DNA from: Sphaerochaetaceae bacterium
GTDB lineage: Bacteria > Spirochaetota > Spirochaetia > Sphaerochaetales > Sphaerochaetaceae
Assembly: GCA_041670175.1 (NCBI GenBank)
Contig: JBAXZS010000001.1
Coordinates: 1 to 39,186 of the forward strand
Length of the DNA: 39,186 nt
Direction of reading: 5' to 3'
Of the stretch, positions 24,819 to 35,137 are shown piece by piece. How positions within the stretch are numbered: the stretch's first letter is position 1; the number at the start of each line of letters is the position of its first letter. Under the pieces are notes generated by a model, which worked only from the letters and a program-made list of their open reading frames with translations, was not told the origin of the DNA and ran no database searches. Both the position numbers and the translations under genes were made by a program.

Positions 24819-25394
24819 CTAGATTTGTTTGTCGTTGGAGAAACGTACTACCATATGTACCACGGCGGGCTGGTTGGAATTGTTCTCAATTGAGTGGTTT
24901 ACATCACAGTGATATACGATGAAATCGCCCTTTTTGAGTTCAGCGGTGTTCTCGCCCACGGTGACTTTCACATTACCCTTGATGATGGTAAGGAATTCCT
25001 GGGTCCCTGCATAGTGGGGTTCGCTATGCAATGCAGTATGGGGCTCGAAACTACAGAGATACATCTCCAGGTCCTCGGCCATATTCAGAGAGGTGAGCAC
25101 ATGGATGGTGACTCCATTCTCAATTGTCTCTACTTTCGCATTGCCATTCTCCGCAGGATTGACGTTGAACAGCCGTTTTGGCTCCGCAATAGTATCAAGC
25201 AGTTCGTTCAACTCCACGTTCAGGCCCCTGGCTATTTTCCATACGGTGGCGACAGTGGGATTCACTTTTTCCGATTCAATCTGGGACAACATTGCTTTTG
25301 ACACTCCCGAACGTTCTGAAAGTACATTCAGGGTCAATTTCTTTGCAGTACGGATTCTTGCGATGTTCTTTCCAATTTTTGGAGGGTTTTCCAT
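24819..25394 (-). CDS. XRE-family HTH plus cupin-domain transcriptional regulator
   Basis: IGKNIARIRTAKKLTLNVLSERSGVSKAMLSQIESEKVNPTVATVWKIARGLNVELNELL (Cro/C1-type HTH). The C-terminal cupin region has HSEPHYAGTQEFLTIIKGNV...GDFIVYHCDVNHS. ATG at 25394 after AAGGAG. Confidence 0.85.
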   Translation of the reverse strand: MENPPKIGKNIARIRTAKKLTLNVLSERSGVSKAMLSQIESEKVNPTVATVWKIARGLNVELNELLDTIAEPKRLFNVNPAENGNAKVETIENGVTIHVLTSLNMAEDLEMYLCSFEPHTALHSEPHYAGTQEFLTIIKGNVKVTVGENTAELKKGDFIVYHCDVNHSIENNSNQPAVVHMVVRFSNDKQI

Positions 25395-25497
25395 AGATAC
25401 TCCTTGAAAAAGAGTTTGACATATCAAACTTTGTTTAATATACTAAACATTGTTGTATTGTAAAACAGAGATACCGAGCTGTCAACGGGAGGAAGGT

Positions 25498-26457
25498 ATG
25501 AAAAATATTCTCATTGTTGGTTCCCTTGGACAATTGGGGTCGGAAATAGCCGTGGAATGCCGTCGCCGGTATGGTGCGGACCATGTAGTGCTGACTGATA
25601 TTCGTGATGATGTGAATCTCCCGCTTGTCCATGGCGGACCTTTTTTCAAGATGGACTGCCGTGATGGCAATAAACTTGCTGAGTTGGTGGATACCTATCA
25701 TATCGATACCATTTATCATCTAGCTGCCATCCTCTCGGCCACTGCGGAAAAGAATCCCCAGAACGCATGGGCGATCAACATCGGAGGGCTGATGACCACT
25801 TTGGAAGTTGCCCGTGAGAAATCCACTGCGGTGTTTGTGCCTTCTTCCATTGGAGCTTTCGGTCCGACCACGCCCAAGGTCTATACCCCTCAGGATACCA
25901 TACAGAGACCGACATCGATGTATGGGGTTTCCAAGGTTGCCGGAGAGCTGCTCTGTGATTATTACTATCATAAGTATGACTTGGACACCCGTGGGGTGAG
26001 ATTCCCGGGGGTCATCAGCAATATGACGCCTCCTGGTGGTGGTACCACTGACTATGCTGTCGACATTTATTATGAAGCGGTGCGCAAGCATCATTATACT
26101 TGTTTTCTTTCCGCGGATACCTATCTTGATATGATTTACACTCCTGATGCGGTAAGGGCCGCCATCGAGATAATGGAAGCCGATCCGAAAAGGCTAAGGC
26201 ATCGGAATGCCTTTAATATCGCATCGATGAGCTTTTGTCCTGAGGACATCGCGGCCTACATCAGGAATTACATCCCGGATTTTACAATCAGCTATGAGAT
26301 TGATCCTGTCAGGCAGGCTATTGCGGATAGCTGGCCTGATTGTCTGGAGGATTACGCTGCAAGGGTTGAATGGGATTGGAAGCCACAATATGACTTGAAT
26401 TCCATGACCCGTGATATGATAGAGACGATCACTAGGAGGGATAAGGAAAATGCTTAG
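25498..26457 (+). CDS. tdh: NAD-dependent L-threonine 3-dehydrogenase of the short-chain (UDP-glucose 4-epimerase-like) type
   Basis: GSLGQLGS (GxxGxxG) and YGVSKVAGE (YxxxK). It is directly coupled to kbl, which is the usual partner arrangement. ATG at 25498 after GGGAGGAAGG. Confidence 0.7.
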   Translation: MKNILIVGSLGQLGSEIAVECRRRYGADHVVLTDIRDDVNLPLVHGGPFFKMDCRDGNKLAELVDTYHIDTIYHLAAILSATAEKNPQNAWAINIGGLMTTLEVAREKSTAVFVPSSIGAFGPTTPKVYTPQDTIQRPTSMYGVSKVAGELLCDYYYHKYDLDTRGVRFPGVISNMTPPGGGTTDYAVDIYYEAVRKHHYTCFLSADTYLDMIYTPDAVRAAIEIMEADPKRLRHRNAFNIASMSFCPEDIAAYIRNYIPDFTISYEIDPVRQAIADSWPDCLEDYAARVEWDWKPQYDLNSMTRDMIETITRRDKENA

Positions 26458-27640
26458 TATGAAACTCAAGCAGGAATTGGAGGCTTTTGTTCAAGAACAG
26501 GCAAAAGCCGGGACTCTGAAGAACGAACGAATCATTGAAAGCCCGCAAAGTGCCTCAATTTCTGTCGCAGGCAAACCTGTGCTGAACTTTTGTGCGAATA
26601 ATTATCTTGGCCTTTCCGATGACAAGAAGGTCATCCAGGCCGCCAAAGATGCGATGGACATCTGGGGATACGGTCTTTCCTCTGTCCGTTTCATCTGCGG
26701 GACCCAAGTCATCCATAAGCAATTGGAAGAGGCCATCTCGGCTTTTTTCCATACCGAGGATACTATCCTTTTCTCAAGTTGCTTTGATGCGAACGGTGCT
26801 CTTTTTGAGCCGTTGGTAGGCGAAGGCGATGTGATTATCAGTGATGAGTTGAACCATGCGTCCATCATCGATGGGGTCAGGTTGAGCAAGGCTCAAAGAT
26901 TGAGGTACCGGCATTCGAATATGGAGGAACTGGAGCATTGTCTCATTGAAGCCCAAGGTGCGCGAAGAAGAATCATCTGTACTGACGGGGTGTTCTCCAT
27001 GGATGGGGACATCGCCTGCCTGGATAGGATTTGCAGTTTAGCCGAAAAGTATGACTCCCTGGTCATGGTTGACGACTCCCATGCTTCAGGATACATCGGC
27101 AAGACAGGAAGAGGAACCGGTGAATACTGGGGTGTCCAAGAAAGAATAGATTTGATGACCACCACGTTCGGCAAGGCTCTCGGGGGAGCATCTGGTGGCT
27201 GCATTACTGGTCGGAAGAGCTTGATTGACCTTTACAGGCAACGTGCCCGTCCGTATCTTTTCTCCAACACCGTGGCCCCCGCCATTTGTGGTGGCACCCT
27301 TCAGGTCCTGAAGATGCTTTCCTCCAGCAATCCCTATGCAAAAAAGACAATGGAGAATGCTTTGCATTTCCGTTCTTCCATGGAGCAGGCGGGGTTTGAT
27401 CTGGTCAAGGGGGATACCGCTATTGTGCCTGTCATGATTTATGATGAGACCAAGGCTGTCGCGATGGCTGATGCGCTTCTTAAGGAAGGAGTGTATGTCA
27501 TTGGCTTCACCTATCCTGTGGTTCCCAAGGGGAAGGCAAGGATTCGGGTGCAATTGTCAGCGGCTCACACGGCAAGCCAGATTGATGATGCGGTGCATGC
27601 GTTTATCAAGATTGGCAGGATGATGAATATCATCAAATAA
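26450..27640 (+). CDS. kbl: 2-amino-3-ketobutyrate CoA ligase (glycine C-acetyltransferase)
   Basis: NYLGLS, HASIIDG, DDSHASG, and TFGKALGGASGG (PLP lysine). Overlaps the tdh stop by 8 nt. Confidence 0.9.
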   Translation: MLSMKLKQELEAFVQEQAKAGTLKNERIIESPQSASISVAGKPVLNFCANNYLGLSDDKKVIQAAKDAMDIWGYGLSSVRFICGTQVIHKQLEEAISAFFHTEDTILFSSCFDANGALFEPLVGEGDVIISDELNHASIIDGVRLSKAQRLRYRHSNMEELEHCLIEAQGARRRIICTDGVFSMDGDIACLDRICSLAEKYDSLVMVDDSHASGYIGKTGRGTGEYWGVQERIDLMTTTFGKALGGASGGCITGRKSLIDLYRQRARPYLFSNTVAPAICGGTLQVLKMLSSSNPYAKKTMENALHFRSSMEQAGFDLVKGDTAIVPVMIYDETKAVAMADALLKEGVYVIGFTYPVVPKGKARIRVQLSAAHTASQIDDAVHAFIKIGRMMNIIK

Positions 27641-27659
27641 AGAAAAAGCCTTTAATTGT

Positions 27660-27689
27660 CAGGTCATCTTCCTTAGGGGGGATGACCTG
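27660..27689 (+). terminator. Possible terminator hairpin after kbl
   Basis: CAGGTCATC (27660..27668), 12-nt loop, GATGACCTG (27681..27689). It is followed by AATTTAAATT, a poor U-tract. Confidence 0.3.
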
Positions 27690-27798
27690 AATTTAAATTG
27701 AAGTGAAAAAGTTGTTTGGAATAGGATAAGGGGTTTCCTTTTTTGAAAGAAGTGATATTATTTGTTGGTACACTGTTCGAACAAACTAGGAGATAGAC

Positions 27799-30231
27799 AT
27801 GCAGTATGGTTATTTTGATGATGCTAAGCATGAATATGTGATTACCCGTTTCGATACTCCCTACCCTTGGATCAACTATCTTGGTGAGGAGAATTTCTTT
27901 TCCTTGATATCGAATCTGGGTGGAGGATACTCCTTTTACAAAGATGCCAAACTTCTCCGGCTTACCCGTTATCGCTATAACAATGTTCCTACTGATGCGG
28001 GAGGCAAGTATTTCTACATCAATGAAGGAGGAAAGCTTTGGAATCCATCTTGGATGCCCTCCAAGACCAAACTTGACAGCTATGAATGCCGTCATGGGCT
28101 GGGCTATACAACCATAACTGCAAGCAGGAACGGTCTTGTCGCATCACAGACCTCATTGGTCCCTCTTGGCGATGATTGTGAAGTAACCCGGCTTGTATTG
28201 AGAAATGACTCAGCCCGGGAAAAGTGTTTCACGGTATTCTCTTTTGTCGAATGGTGCCTTTTCAATGCTCTAGATGATATGACCAACTTTCAACGAAATT
28301 ATTCGATTGGTGAAGTTGAAGTTGAGGGCTCGGTCATCTATCACAAGACGGAGTACAGGGAAAGACGCAATCATTATGCCTTTTATGCCGTCAATGCCCC
28401 CATCGATGGGTTTGATACGGACAGGGAATCCTTTATCGGGCTTTATAATGGTTTCGGGGACCCTTCCGTTCCTCTTTCCGGTAAGGCGAAGAATTCCCTT
28501 GCAATGGGATGGGCTCCCATCGCATCCCATCAGATTGATGTGAGGCTTCTCCCTGGTGAGGAAAAGAGCTTTCTTTTCACCTTGGGTTTTGTTCAAGTTG
28601 ATAAGGATAAGAAATGGGAGAGGCAGGGGGTGATCTCCAAAGAAAACGCCAAGGAATTACTTTCCCATTTTCAAACTGATACGCAGTTCGCTGATGCCCT
28701 GACAGCCATCCATGCTTATTTTGATGAGCAACTTTCACATTTCCAGACCCAGACTGAGGATGACAAGTTCAATCGTATGGTGAACATCTGGAATCCTTAC
28801 CAATGTACCGTGACCTATCATCTGTCCCGTTCCGCCAGTTATTTCGAATCAGGGATTGGAAGAGGCATGGGCTTCAGGGATTCAACCCAGGATTTGCTTG
28901 GTTTTGTGCATATCTTGCCTGATCTGGCCCGCCAGCGCATTTTGGATATCGCCTCTACCCAAAAAGAGGATGGCTCGGCTTACCATCAGTACCAACCTCT
29001 TACAAAGAAAGGCAATAATGAGATAGGGAGCGGGTTTAATGATGATCCCTTGTGGCTTATCTATGGAGTATCCGCCTACATCAAGGAAACAGGGGATGTT
29101 TCGATACTGGATGAGCAGGTCCCCTATGATAGTGACAGGAAGAAAGCCCGCCCTCTCTTTGACCATCTGGTCCGTTCCTTCCATCATGTGACCAACAATC
29201 TTGGTCCTCATGGGTTGCCCCTGATAGGAAGGGCGGATTGGAATGATTGTCTGAACCTGAACTGTTTCAGTGAGACACCTGGAGAACCGTTCCAGATTAC
29301 CGCAAATTACGAAAGCGGCAAGGCAGAATCTGTGTTTATCGCCGGTATGTTTGTTGCCATTGGTGAGGATTACCAGAGAATCTGCCAGCATTCAGGTTTG
29401 AAGATGGAGGTCGGTTTTGCCAAGGACTCAGTGGAGAAGATGTATGACAACATCATTACCTATGGATGGGATGGCAAATGGTTCCTTCGCGCCTACGATG
29501 CTTTTGGGAATAAGGTCGGTAGCCATTCCTGTGAAGATGGGAAGATATACATAGAAAGCCAGGGTTTTTGTGTGATGGCTGGCATCGGGATGAAGGAAGG
29601 GTATGCCCAAAAGGCGATGGAAAGCGTGGAAGAGCATCTGGAGACTCCCTATGGTATTTCTCTTTTGGATCCGCCGTACAAAGAATACCACAAGGAATTG
29701 GGCGAGGTGTCTTCCTATCCACCCTCCTATAAGGAGAATGGAGGAGTCTTCTGCCACAATAATCCTTGGATTACTATTGCGGAGACCATGTTGGGACATG
29801 GGGACCATGCCTATCAGACCTATTGCAAGATATCTCCTGCCCATAATGAGGGGAGAAGTGAGATTCATAGATTGGAGCCTTATGTATACGCCCAGATGAT
29901 TGCTAGCACCTATGCAAAGATTCCAGGGGAAGCGAAGAATTCCTGGCTTACAGGAACTTCTTCCTGGGCCCTTTATTCGGCAACCCAGTATATCCTGGGA
30001 ATCAGACCCCAGTTTGAGGGTCTTCTCATTGATCCCTGCATCCCGTCATCCTGGAAAGGCTTTAGTGTCACTCGCAAGTTCCGTAATGATACTTACCAGA
30101 TTGAGGTAAGTAATCCTTTCCATGTACAAAAGGGTGTGGGCGAAGTTACCATCGATGGAAAGCCTTGTTCCCCTTTGCTTCCTGTCCCGGGGGATGGCAA
30201 GATACATATTGTCAAGGTAGTGATGCGCTAG
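27799..30231 (+). CDS. GH94 glycoside phosphorylase (cellobiose/chitobiose-phosphorylase-like)
   Basis: The N-terminus [64 protein letters not shown] is nearly diagnostic of cellobiose phosphorylases, as is the 810-aa length. TAGGAGA SD. Confidence 0.9.
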   Translation: MQYGYFDDAKHEYVITRFDTPYPWINYLGEENFFSLISNLGGGYSFYKDAKLLRLTRYRYNNVPTDAGGKYFYINEGGKLWNPSWMPSKTKLDSYECRHGLGYTTITASRNGLVASQTSLVPLGDDCEVTRLVLRNDSAREKCFTVFSFVEWCLFNALDDMTNFQRNYSIGEVEVEGSVIYHKTEYRERRNHYAFYAVNAPIDGFDTDRESFIGLYNGFGDPSVPLSGKAKNSLAMGWAPIASHQIDVRLLPGEEKSFLFTLGFVQVDKDKKWERQGVISKENAKELLSHFQTDTQFADALTAIHAYFDEQLSHFQTQTEDDKFNRMVNIWNPYQCTVTYHLSRSASYFESGIGRGMGFRDSTQDLLGFVHILPDLARQRILDIASTQKEDGSAYHQYQPLTKKGNNEIGSGFNDDPLWLIYGVSAYIKETGDVSILDEQVPYDSDRKKARPLFDHLVRSFHHVTNNLGPHGLPLIGRADWNDCLNLNCFSETPGEPFQITANYESGKAESVFIAGMFVAIGEDYQRICQHSGLKMEVGFAKDSVEKMYDNIITYGWDGKWFLRAYDAFGNKVGSHSCEDGKIYIESQGFCVMAGIGMKEGYAQKAMESVEEHLETPYGISLLDPPYKEYHKELGEVSSYPPSYKENGGVFCHNNPWITIAETMLGHGDHAYQTYCKISPAHNEGRSEIHRLEPYVYAQMIASTYAKIPGEAKNSWLTGTSSWALYSATQYILGIRPQFEGLLIDPCIPSSWKGFSVTRKFRNDTYQIEVSNPFHVQKGVGEVTIDGKPCSPLLPVPGDGKIHIVKVVMR

Positions 30232-30243
30232 AGATGCACAAAC

Positions 30244-30292
30244 GGCTACGTTGTGAACGTAGCCCTGCAAGTGAGGAAACAGGATTCCTCAC
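30244..30292. terminator. Two tandem hairpins between convergent genes (no U-tracts)
   Basis: First hairpin: GGCTACG, 7-nt loop, CGTAGCC (30244..30264). Second hairpin: GTGAGGAA, 6-nt loop, TTCCTCAC (30271..30292). The second overlaps the permease stop codon. Confidence 0.3.
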
Positions 30293-31260
30293 TTGTCATC
30301 GATGGCAAATGACGAGCCTAATGCTGCAGGAGAGGCAAAACTACCTTTCTTGCTTTGATTAATGATTGTCATGGCCGACAATACAATAAGCGTGATGAAA
30401 TAAGGTGCAATGGACAAGAACTGGCTGGGAATGAACATCTTCAGGCCCGCCGCCTGCAAGCTGAACTGCAAACTGGTTATACCTCCGAACACCAAGGTTC
30501 CGATGACTACCTTCCCAGGATTCCATCCGGAGAAAATCACCAAAGCAATCACTATCCACCCTTTTCCTCCTGTCATGTTCTCATTCCACGAGGGGGTGAA
30601 AGCCAGTGAGAGACATGCTCCTCCAAGACCGGCGAAAGCCCCTCCTATGGTGGTGTAGACATATCTGGTCAGACTTACCGGGATACCCATGGCGGCAGCG
30701 GTATGGGGATTCTCTCCTACCGCACGGACAGATAAACCAAATTTGGTCTTGTACATGAAGACCCAGGCCAGAGGTAACAGAATATAAAGGAAATACGTCA
30801 GGATGCTTACATCAAACAACGCTCCAAACACAGGAATCTTGGAAAGGCCCGGTATGGCGATATCATTGAACTTGGTCGGCAGGTTCATGCCTGCCATGTT
30901 GAAATTGTTGGAAGCTGGTCCCAGCCGTTGTCCCAGATAGTTGGCAAGTCCTGATCCGAACATGGTGATTGCCAGACCTGACACGACCTGGTTTGCCCTC
31001 ATGGTGATACAAAGGAAGGCATGGATGAATGACAGGACCGCACCGCAAAGCATGGCGACTAATAATCCGAGTGCCAGACTTGAGGTGAAATAAACGGTGA
31101 CAAAGCCTGTAAGGGCCCCTAGAAGCATGACTCCTTCCATGCCAAGGTTCAAAATGCCTGTCTTTTCTGTGAACACCTCCCCCAGTGTTGCATAAGTCAG
31201 GGAGGTTCCCATGGCCAGGGTCACCGCAAGCAGTTTCGTGATGAAGTCGAATATATTCAT
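30289..31260 (-). CDS. ABC transporter permease (BMP/simple-sugar-nucleoside family, YufQ-like)
   Basis: Polytopic membrane protein. ATGA-type overlap with the upstream permease. Operon context with the BMP-binding protein. Confidence 0.85.
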   Translation of the reverse strand: MNIFDFITKLLAVTLAMGTSLTYATLGEVFTEKTGILNLGMEGVMLLGALTGFVTVYFTSSLALGLLVAMLCGAVLSFIHAFLCITMRANQVVSGLAITMFGSGLANYLGQRLGPASNNFNMAGMNLPTKFNDIAIPGLSKIPVFGALFDVSILTYFLYILLPLAWVFMYKTKFGLSVRAVGENPHTAAAMGIPVSLTRYVYTTIGGAFAGLGGACLSLAFTPSWNENMTGGKGWIVIALVIFSGWNPGKVVIGTLVFGGITSLQFSLQAAGLKMFIPSQFLSIAPYFITLIVLSAMTIINQSKKGSFASPAALGSSFAIDDK

Positions 31261-32330
31261 TTCTTTGCCTCTCCAACGGCGACCTGCTTCTTAATAAAAA
31301 GCAATTTATAATCGGTAAATATGGAACCTGCCAAGAGCGGAAGCAGGATCAACCCTTGGAGTACATCCCCCATAGCCGCCGGAAGCTTCATGATTTTCAA
31401 GGCATCCGAGCCGGTTTTCAATGCCGCCATAAGAATGGAGACCAATATCGATCCGAAGGGGTTCAACCCTCCCATCCATGCAATGATGATACCTGTGAAA
31501 CCATACCCATTATCCACACCCTTGGTAAGGCTGTGGGTCACCGCAGCCGCCTCAATGCCACCGGCGAGTCCTGCGATGGCACCACTAAGAAGCATGGCGA
31601 GGATGATATTCTTCTTGATGGAGACTCCTTGGCATTCGGCTGCCCTTGGATTCTTTCCTATCATGTTCAACTCAAAGCCCCAACGGGTTTTATACATTAC
31701 AAAATAAAGGATAAAAACCAAGGCAATCGCAAAGAACACCCCATAATGAATCTTTCCCCAGAAAGAGGGAAGCCAGGCATATGAAGGATAGTCAACCGTT
31801 CCCATATTGCCTCTGGGTGCTTTCCATCGGGTGATATATAAGTATTCGGCTATACCTGTCGCAATGTAGTTCATCATCAGTGTGGTAAGAGTCTCATCTA
31901 TCTTCCATTGTGCTTTCAGCACACCGGGGATTCCTCCCCAGAATGCCCCGAATACCAATGACATCAACAAGGCGACGGGAAGCATCATCCCTTTAGGGAG
32001 CCATGTCCAGAACTGCATTACCCATGTTATTCCGATAACTCCAAAGACATATTGTCCTTCGGCGCCGATATTCCAGAACTTTAGCTTGAAGGCTATACCT
32101 ACAGCAAGGCCACACATGAGAAGAGGTATTGCCTCTCGTATTGTGTACTGGAATTTCGTCCTGGAACCAAATGCACCCCGGAGCATGGCAAAATAGGCTT
32201 TCAACGGGTTGGCTCCGCTTGCCCTGAGCACGATGGCACCCAGAAGGAGGGATATGATCAAGGAGCAAACAGGGACCAGGAAAGTCATCATGTGTGATCT
32301 CTGATTTCGTTTCTCAAGTGCGACTCTCAT
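31257..32330 (-). CDS. ABC transporter permease (YufP-like)
   Basis: Polytopic membrane protein. ATGA overlap with the ATPase gene at 32327..32330. Confidence 0.85.
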   Translation of the reverse strand: MRVALEKRNQRSHMMTFLVPVCSLIISLLLGAIVLRASGANPLKAYFAMLRGAFGSRTKFQYTIREAIPLLMCGLAVGIAFKLKFWNIGAEGQYVFGVIGITWVMQFWTWLPKGMMLPVALLMSLVFGAFWGGIPGVLKAQWKIDETLTTLMMNYIATGIAEYLYITRWKAPRGNMGTVDYPSYAWLPSFWGKIHYGVFFAIALVFILYFVMYKTRWGFELNMIGKNPRAAECQGVSIKKNIILAMLLSGAIAGLAGGIEAAAVTHSLTKGVDNGYGFTGIIIAWMGGLNPFGSILVSILMAALKTGSDALKIMKLPAAMGDVLQGLILLPLLAGSIFTDYKLLFIKKQVAVGEAKK

Positions 32331-33853
32331 GCCTGCCTCCTGGAAACACCAGTCATCATCAACCCTAATGCCTCGGTAGTCGCGTCTTTCACGTCAAGTA
32401 TACCCATGATTTGCCCTTCGAACATCACTGCAATCTTGTCTGCAACCATTTGTAATTCCTCAAGTTCCTCGGAGACAAGCAGAACAGCAGAGCCACTGTC
32501 TCTTTGCTTGATGAGATTTTGTCGTACCGTCTCGGTTGCCCCCACATCCAGTCCTCGGGAAGGATACACAGCGATAAGTATTCCTTTGCAATTGTCCATC
32601 TCCCGTGCAAGGATGGTCTTCTGGATGTTGCCACCGGAAAGAAATTTTGCACAGGTCTCTCTTGTAGGGGTCTTGATGCCGAACACCTTGATCAGGCGGT
32701 CAGCGAAAGAACGCATCTTGTTTTTTTTGATTACCAAATGATTTGAAAGTTCCCTGGTACGGTATTTTTTCATCGCCAGGTTATCTCCAACGCTCATGTC
32801 CCCTACAATACCCATCTTGCCCCTGTCTGCAGGAATATGGGATACCCCGTTCTTGATGACATCCAAAGGTGGATGGTTGGTCAGGTTTTTCCCGTTGATA
32901 AGTACCTCGCCGCTGGTTATGCGCCTGAGTCCAGTGATGGCCTCGGTGAGCTCCTGTTGTCCATTACCCGCAACCCCTGCGATTCCAAGTATTTCGCCGC
33001 CGTTAACCCTGAACGAGACATTCTCCAGGGCCGCCCGATTGCTTCCTGGAAGTTTTATTGTCAGATTCCTGACTTCCAGTTTTGTTCCCGTAGGGTGGTA
33101 TGGTCCCCTGTCCAAGGTGAAAAGGACGTCACGTCCGACCATCATGTTGGCAAGGTCCTGTATTTTCTTGATTGTATTGGTAGGCACGATATTAATGCAT
33201 TTTCCCTTCCGAAGGACCTGCACCGTATGGGAGAACTCCATAACCTCGTCCATCTTGTGAGTAATGAAAATCGCACTTTTGCCTTCGGCTAGCATCTTCT
33301 TTATTATTTCATTGAGGTCTCTGCTCTCGCCAGGAGTCAGTACCGCTGTCGGCTCGTCAAGAATAAGGATTTGGGCACCACGATAGAGCAGCTTGAGTAT
33401 TTCAACCCTTTGTTGCTCCCCAACGGAAAGTTCCTGGATGTATTTGTCTGGATTAACCGAAAGAGAATATCTCGTGGACAACTCTCTGATTTTTGCCTTG
33501 ATTTCATCAAGGGGAGGGATGAGTTGAAGGCCCTTCATGCCAAGAACAATGTTTTCAGCAACGGTCATATTACCTACCAGCATGAATTCCTGATGTATCA
33601 TTCCTATCCCGAGCGCCATAGAGTTCTGAGGACTATGTATTTCTGCAAGCTTCCCATTGACGTATATCTCGCCGCTATCAGGCCTGTACAGGCCAACGAG
33701 CATGTTCATAAGGGTGCTTTTCCCAGCTCCGTTCTCTCCAAGAAGGGCCAGGACCTCTCCTTTGTGAAGAATGAGATTGACTGAATCATTAGCCAGAACC
33801 CCAGGGAAATGCTTGGTGATGTTCACCATTTGTACAACAACAGTATCTTGCAT
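32327..33853 (-). CDS. ABC transporter ATP-binding protein with two fused ATPase domains
   Basis: First domain: Walker A GENGAGKST, signature LSVGEQQR, Walker B ILILDEPT. The second domain carries LSGGNIQK. 508 aa. Confidence 0.9.
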   Translation of the reverse strand: MQDTVVVQMVNITKHFPGVLANDSVNLILHKGEVLALLGENGAGKSTLMNMLVGLYRPDSGEIYVNGKLAEIHSPQNSMALGIGMIHQEFMLVGNMTVAENIVLGMKGLQLIPPLDEIKAKIRELSTRYSLSVNPDKYIQELSVGEQQRVEILKLLYRGAQILILDEPTAVLTPGESRDLNEIIKKMLAEGKSAIFITHKMDEVMEFSHTVQVLRKGKCINIVPTNTIKKIQDLANMMVGRDVLFTLDRGPYHPTGTKLEVRNLTIKLPGSNRAALENVSFRVNGGEILGIAGVAGNGQQELTEAITGLRRITSGEVLINGKNLTNHPPLDVIKNGVSHIPADRGKMGIVGDMSVGDNLAMKKYRTRELSNHLVIKKNKMRSFADRLIKVFGIKTPTRETCAKFLSGGNIQKTILAREMDNCKGILIAVYPSRGLDVGATETVRQNLIKQRDSGSAVLLVSEELEELQMVADKIAVMFEGQIMGILDVKDATTEALGLMMTGVSRRQA

Positions 33854-33893
33854 GCAACCCCTAAATTCCGATATTTATACGGATAAGTAATGA

Positions 33894-33925
33894 AAATAGG
33901 GGCGGGTTATCGCCCACCCCTATTT
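33894..33925 (-). terminator. Intercistronic GC-rich hairpin / attenuator between the binding-protein gene and the ATPase gene
   Basis: AAATAGGGGCGGGTTATCGCCCACCCCTATTT. The outer arms AAATAGGGG and CCCCTATTT enclose an inner GC stem. T/A runs flank both sides. On the minus strand it follows the SBP stop codon. Confidence 0.5.
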
Positions 33926-33941
33926 ATTTTAAGGAATAAAC

Positions 33942-35042
33942 CTATTTGACTTTTCCGACGACACCTTCGACAAACCAATCCATGGTCAGCATGTCGGAGT
34001 CGCTCATCTTAGCTCCAGCGTTCTGACGGATCTTGCCGGTGTTATCCTTCAACTCGCCCCAGAACACGTCGAAAGTACCTTTCTTGAGCTCCTCGGCCTT
34101 TGCTTTTACCTGAGCCTGGAAATCCGCACTTACAAGCGGGGACATTTCTGAGAGATACACGATGCCTTCGTTGGAACCACCCCAATAGGACTGATTGACG
34201 AACTTTCCATCAAGCACACTCTGGATTGAGGGGATGACATATTTTGACCAATCCCATTCCGGACTGCAAAGAACCTTGTCGTCCTTGATGATGGAGCGGA
34301 AATCAGCATTATATCCGATGGCATACTTGCCATGCTCCAAGGCAGCCTTTGCTGGCTCGGTGGTATCCTGATGCTGAGCCATCAGGTCCACACCCTGGTC
34401 AAGCAGGGAAACGGCAGCCTGACGTTCCAAGGAAGGGTCATACCAGGTATTAGTCCATACGACAGTCACGGTAGCCTTTGGATTGATGCTTCTTGCACCA
34501 AGTGTAAAGGCATTGATTCCACGGACAACCTCAGGGGTGTTGAATGCACCAACGTAGCCAATCTTGCCGGACGGGGACATCTTGCCGGCAACCATTCCTG
34601 AAAGATAACGAATCTGATACATTCTTCCAAAGTAATTGGACATGTTGGTATTGTTCTTCAGATACCCTGAGCAGTGCTCGAAATATACCTCTGGATGGGC
34701 ATTGGCCACGTTCAGCATGTACTGCTGATAGTTATAGGAAGTTGCAAAGATAATCTTGCAACCTTCATCAATCAGGCTTTCCATTGCTCTTTCACTGTTT
34801 TCATTCTCTTCAACACTTTCCATTCGAACGACTTCAATCTTGTTCCCGAAGTACTTTTCAGCAGCCTTGGTTCCAAGATCATGAACATAGGTGTACCCCA
34901 TGTCACCAACGGGTCCGATGTAGATCATACCGACCTTCAAAGGAGCATTTGTCTTAGCCGTCGCGCTCTCAGAGGTGCCCTGGGCAAATCCGAAGGAGCA
35001 GGCTAGCATAACCATGAGAAGCAATACAGTCAGTTTCTTCAT
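33942..35042 (-). CDS. BMP-family ABC transporter substrate-binding lipoprotein (PnrA/TmpC/Med-like, probable nucleoside binding)
   Basis: MKKLTVLLLMVMLAC carries a lipobox. Family-like segments: IGYVGAFNTPEVVRGINAFTLGA and VTVVWTNTWYDP. ATG at 35042 after GGAGAGAG. The track ORF start at 35108 is too long. Confidence 0.85.
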   Translation of the reverse strand: MKKLTVLLLMVMLACSFGFAQGTSESATAKTNAPLKVGMIYIGPVGDMGYTYVHDLGTKAAEKYFGNKIEVVRMESVEENENSERAMESLIDEGCKIIFATSYNYQQYMLNVANAHPEVYFEHCSGYLKNNTNMSNYFGRMYQIRYLSGMVAGKMSPSGKIGYVGAFNTPEVVRGINAFTLGARSINPKATVTVVWTNTWYDPSLERQAAVSLLDQGVDLMAQHQDTTEPAKAALEHGKYAIGYNADFRSIIKDDKVLCSPEWDWSKYVIPSIQSVLDGKFVNQSYWGGSNEGIVYLSEMSPLVSADFQAQVKAKAEELKKGTFDVFWGELKDNTGKIRQNAGAKMSDSDMLTMDWFVEGVVGKVK

Positions 35043-35108
35043 ATCTCTCTCTCCTGTTATTAGAAATAGCGATACACTGATAATAGCTGAAAAGCTAAAT
35101 CTACACAA

Positions 35109-35137
35109 ATTATAGAGGACGAATTTTGTGCTGTCAA
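35109..35137 (-). promoter_or_regulatory. Consensus sigma70 promoter of the BMP ABC operon (TTGACA-17 nt-TATAAT)
   Basis: The minus strand reads TTGACA (35137..35132), the 17-nt spacer GCACAAAATTCGTCCTC, then TATAAT (35114..35109). It sits about 65 nt upstream of the ATG at 35042. Confidence 0.6.
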
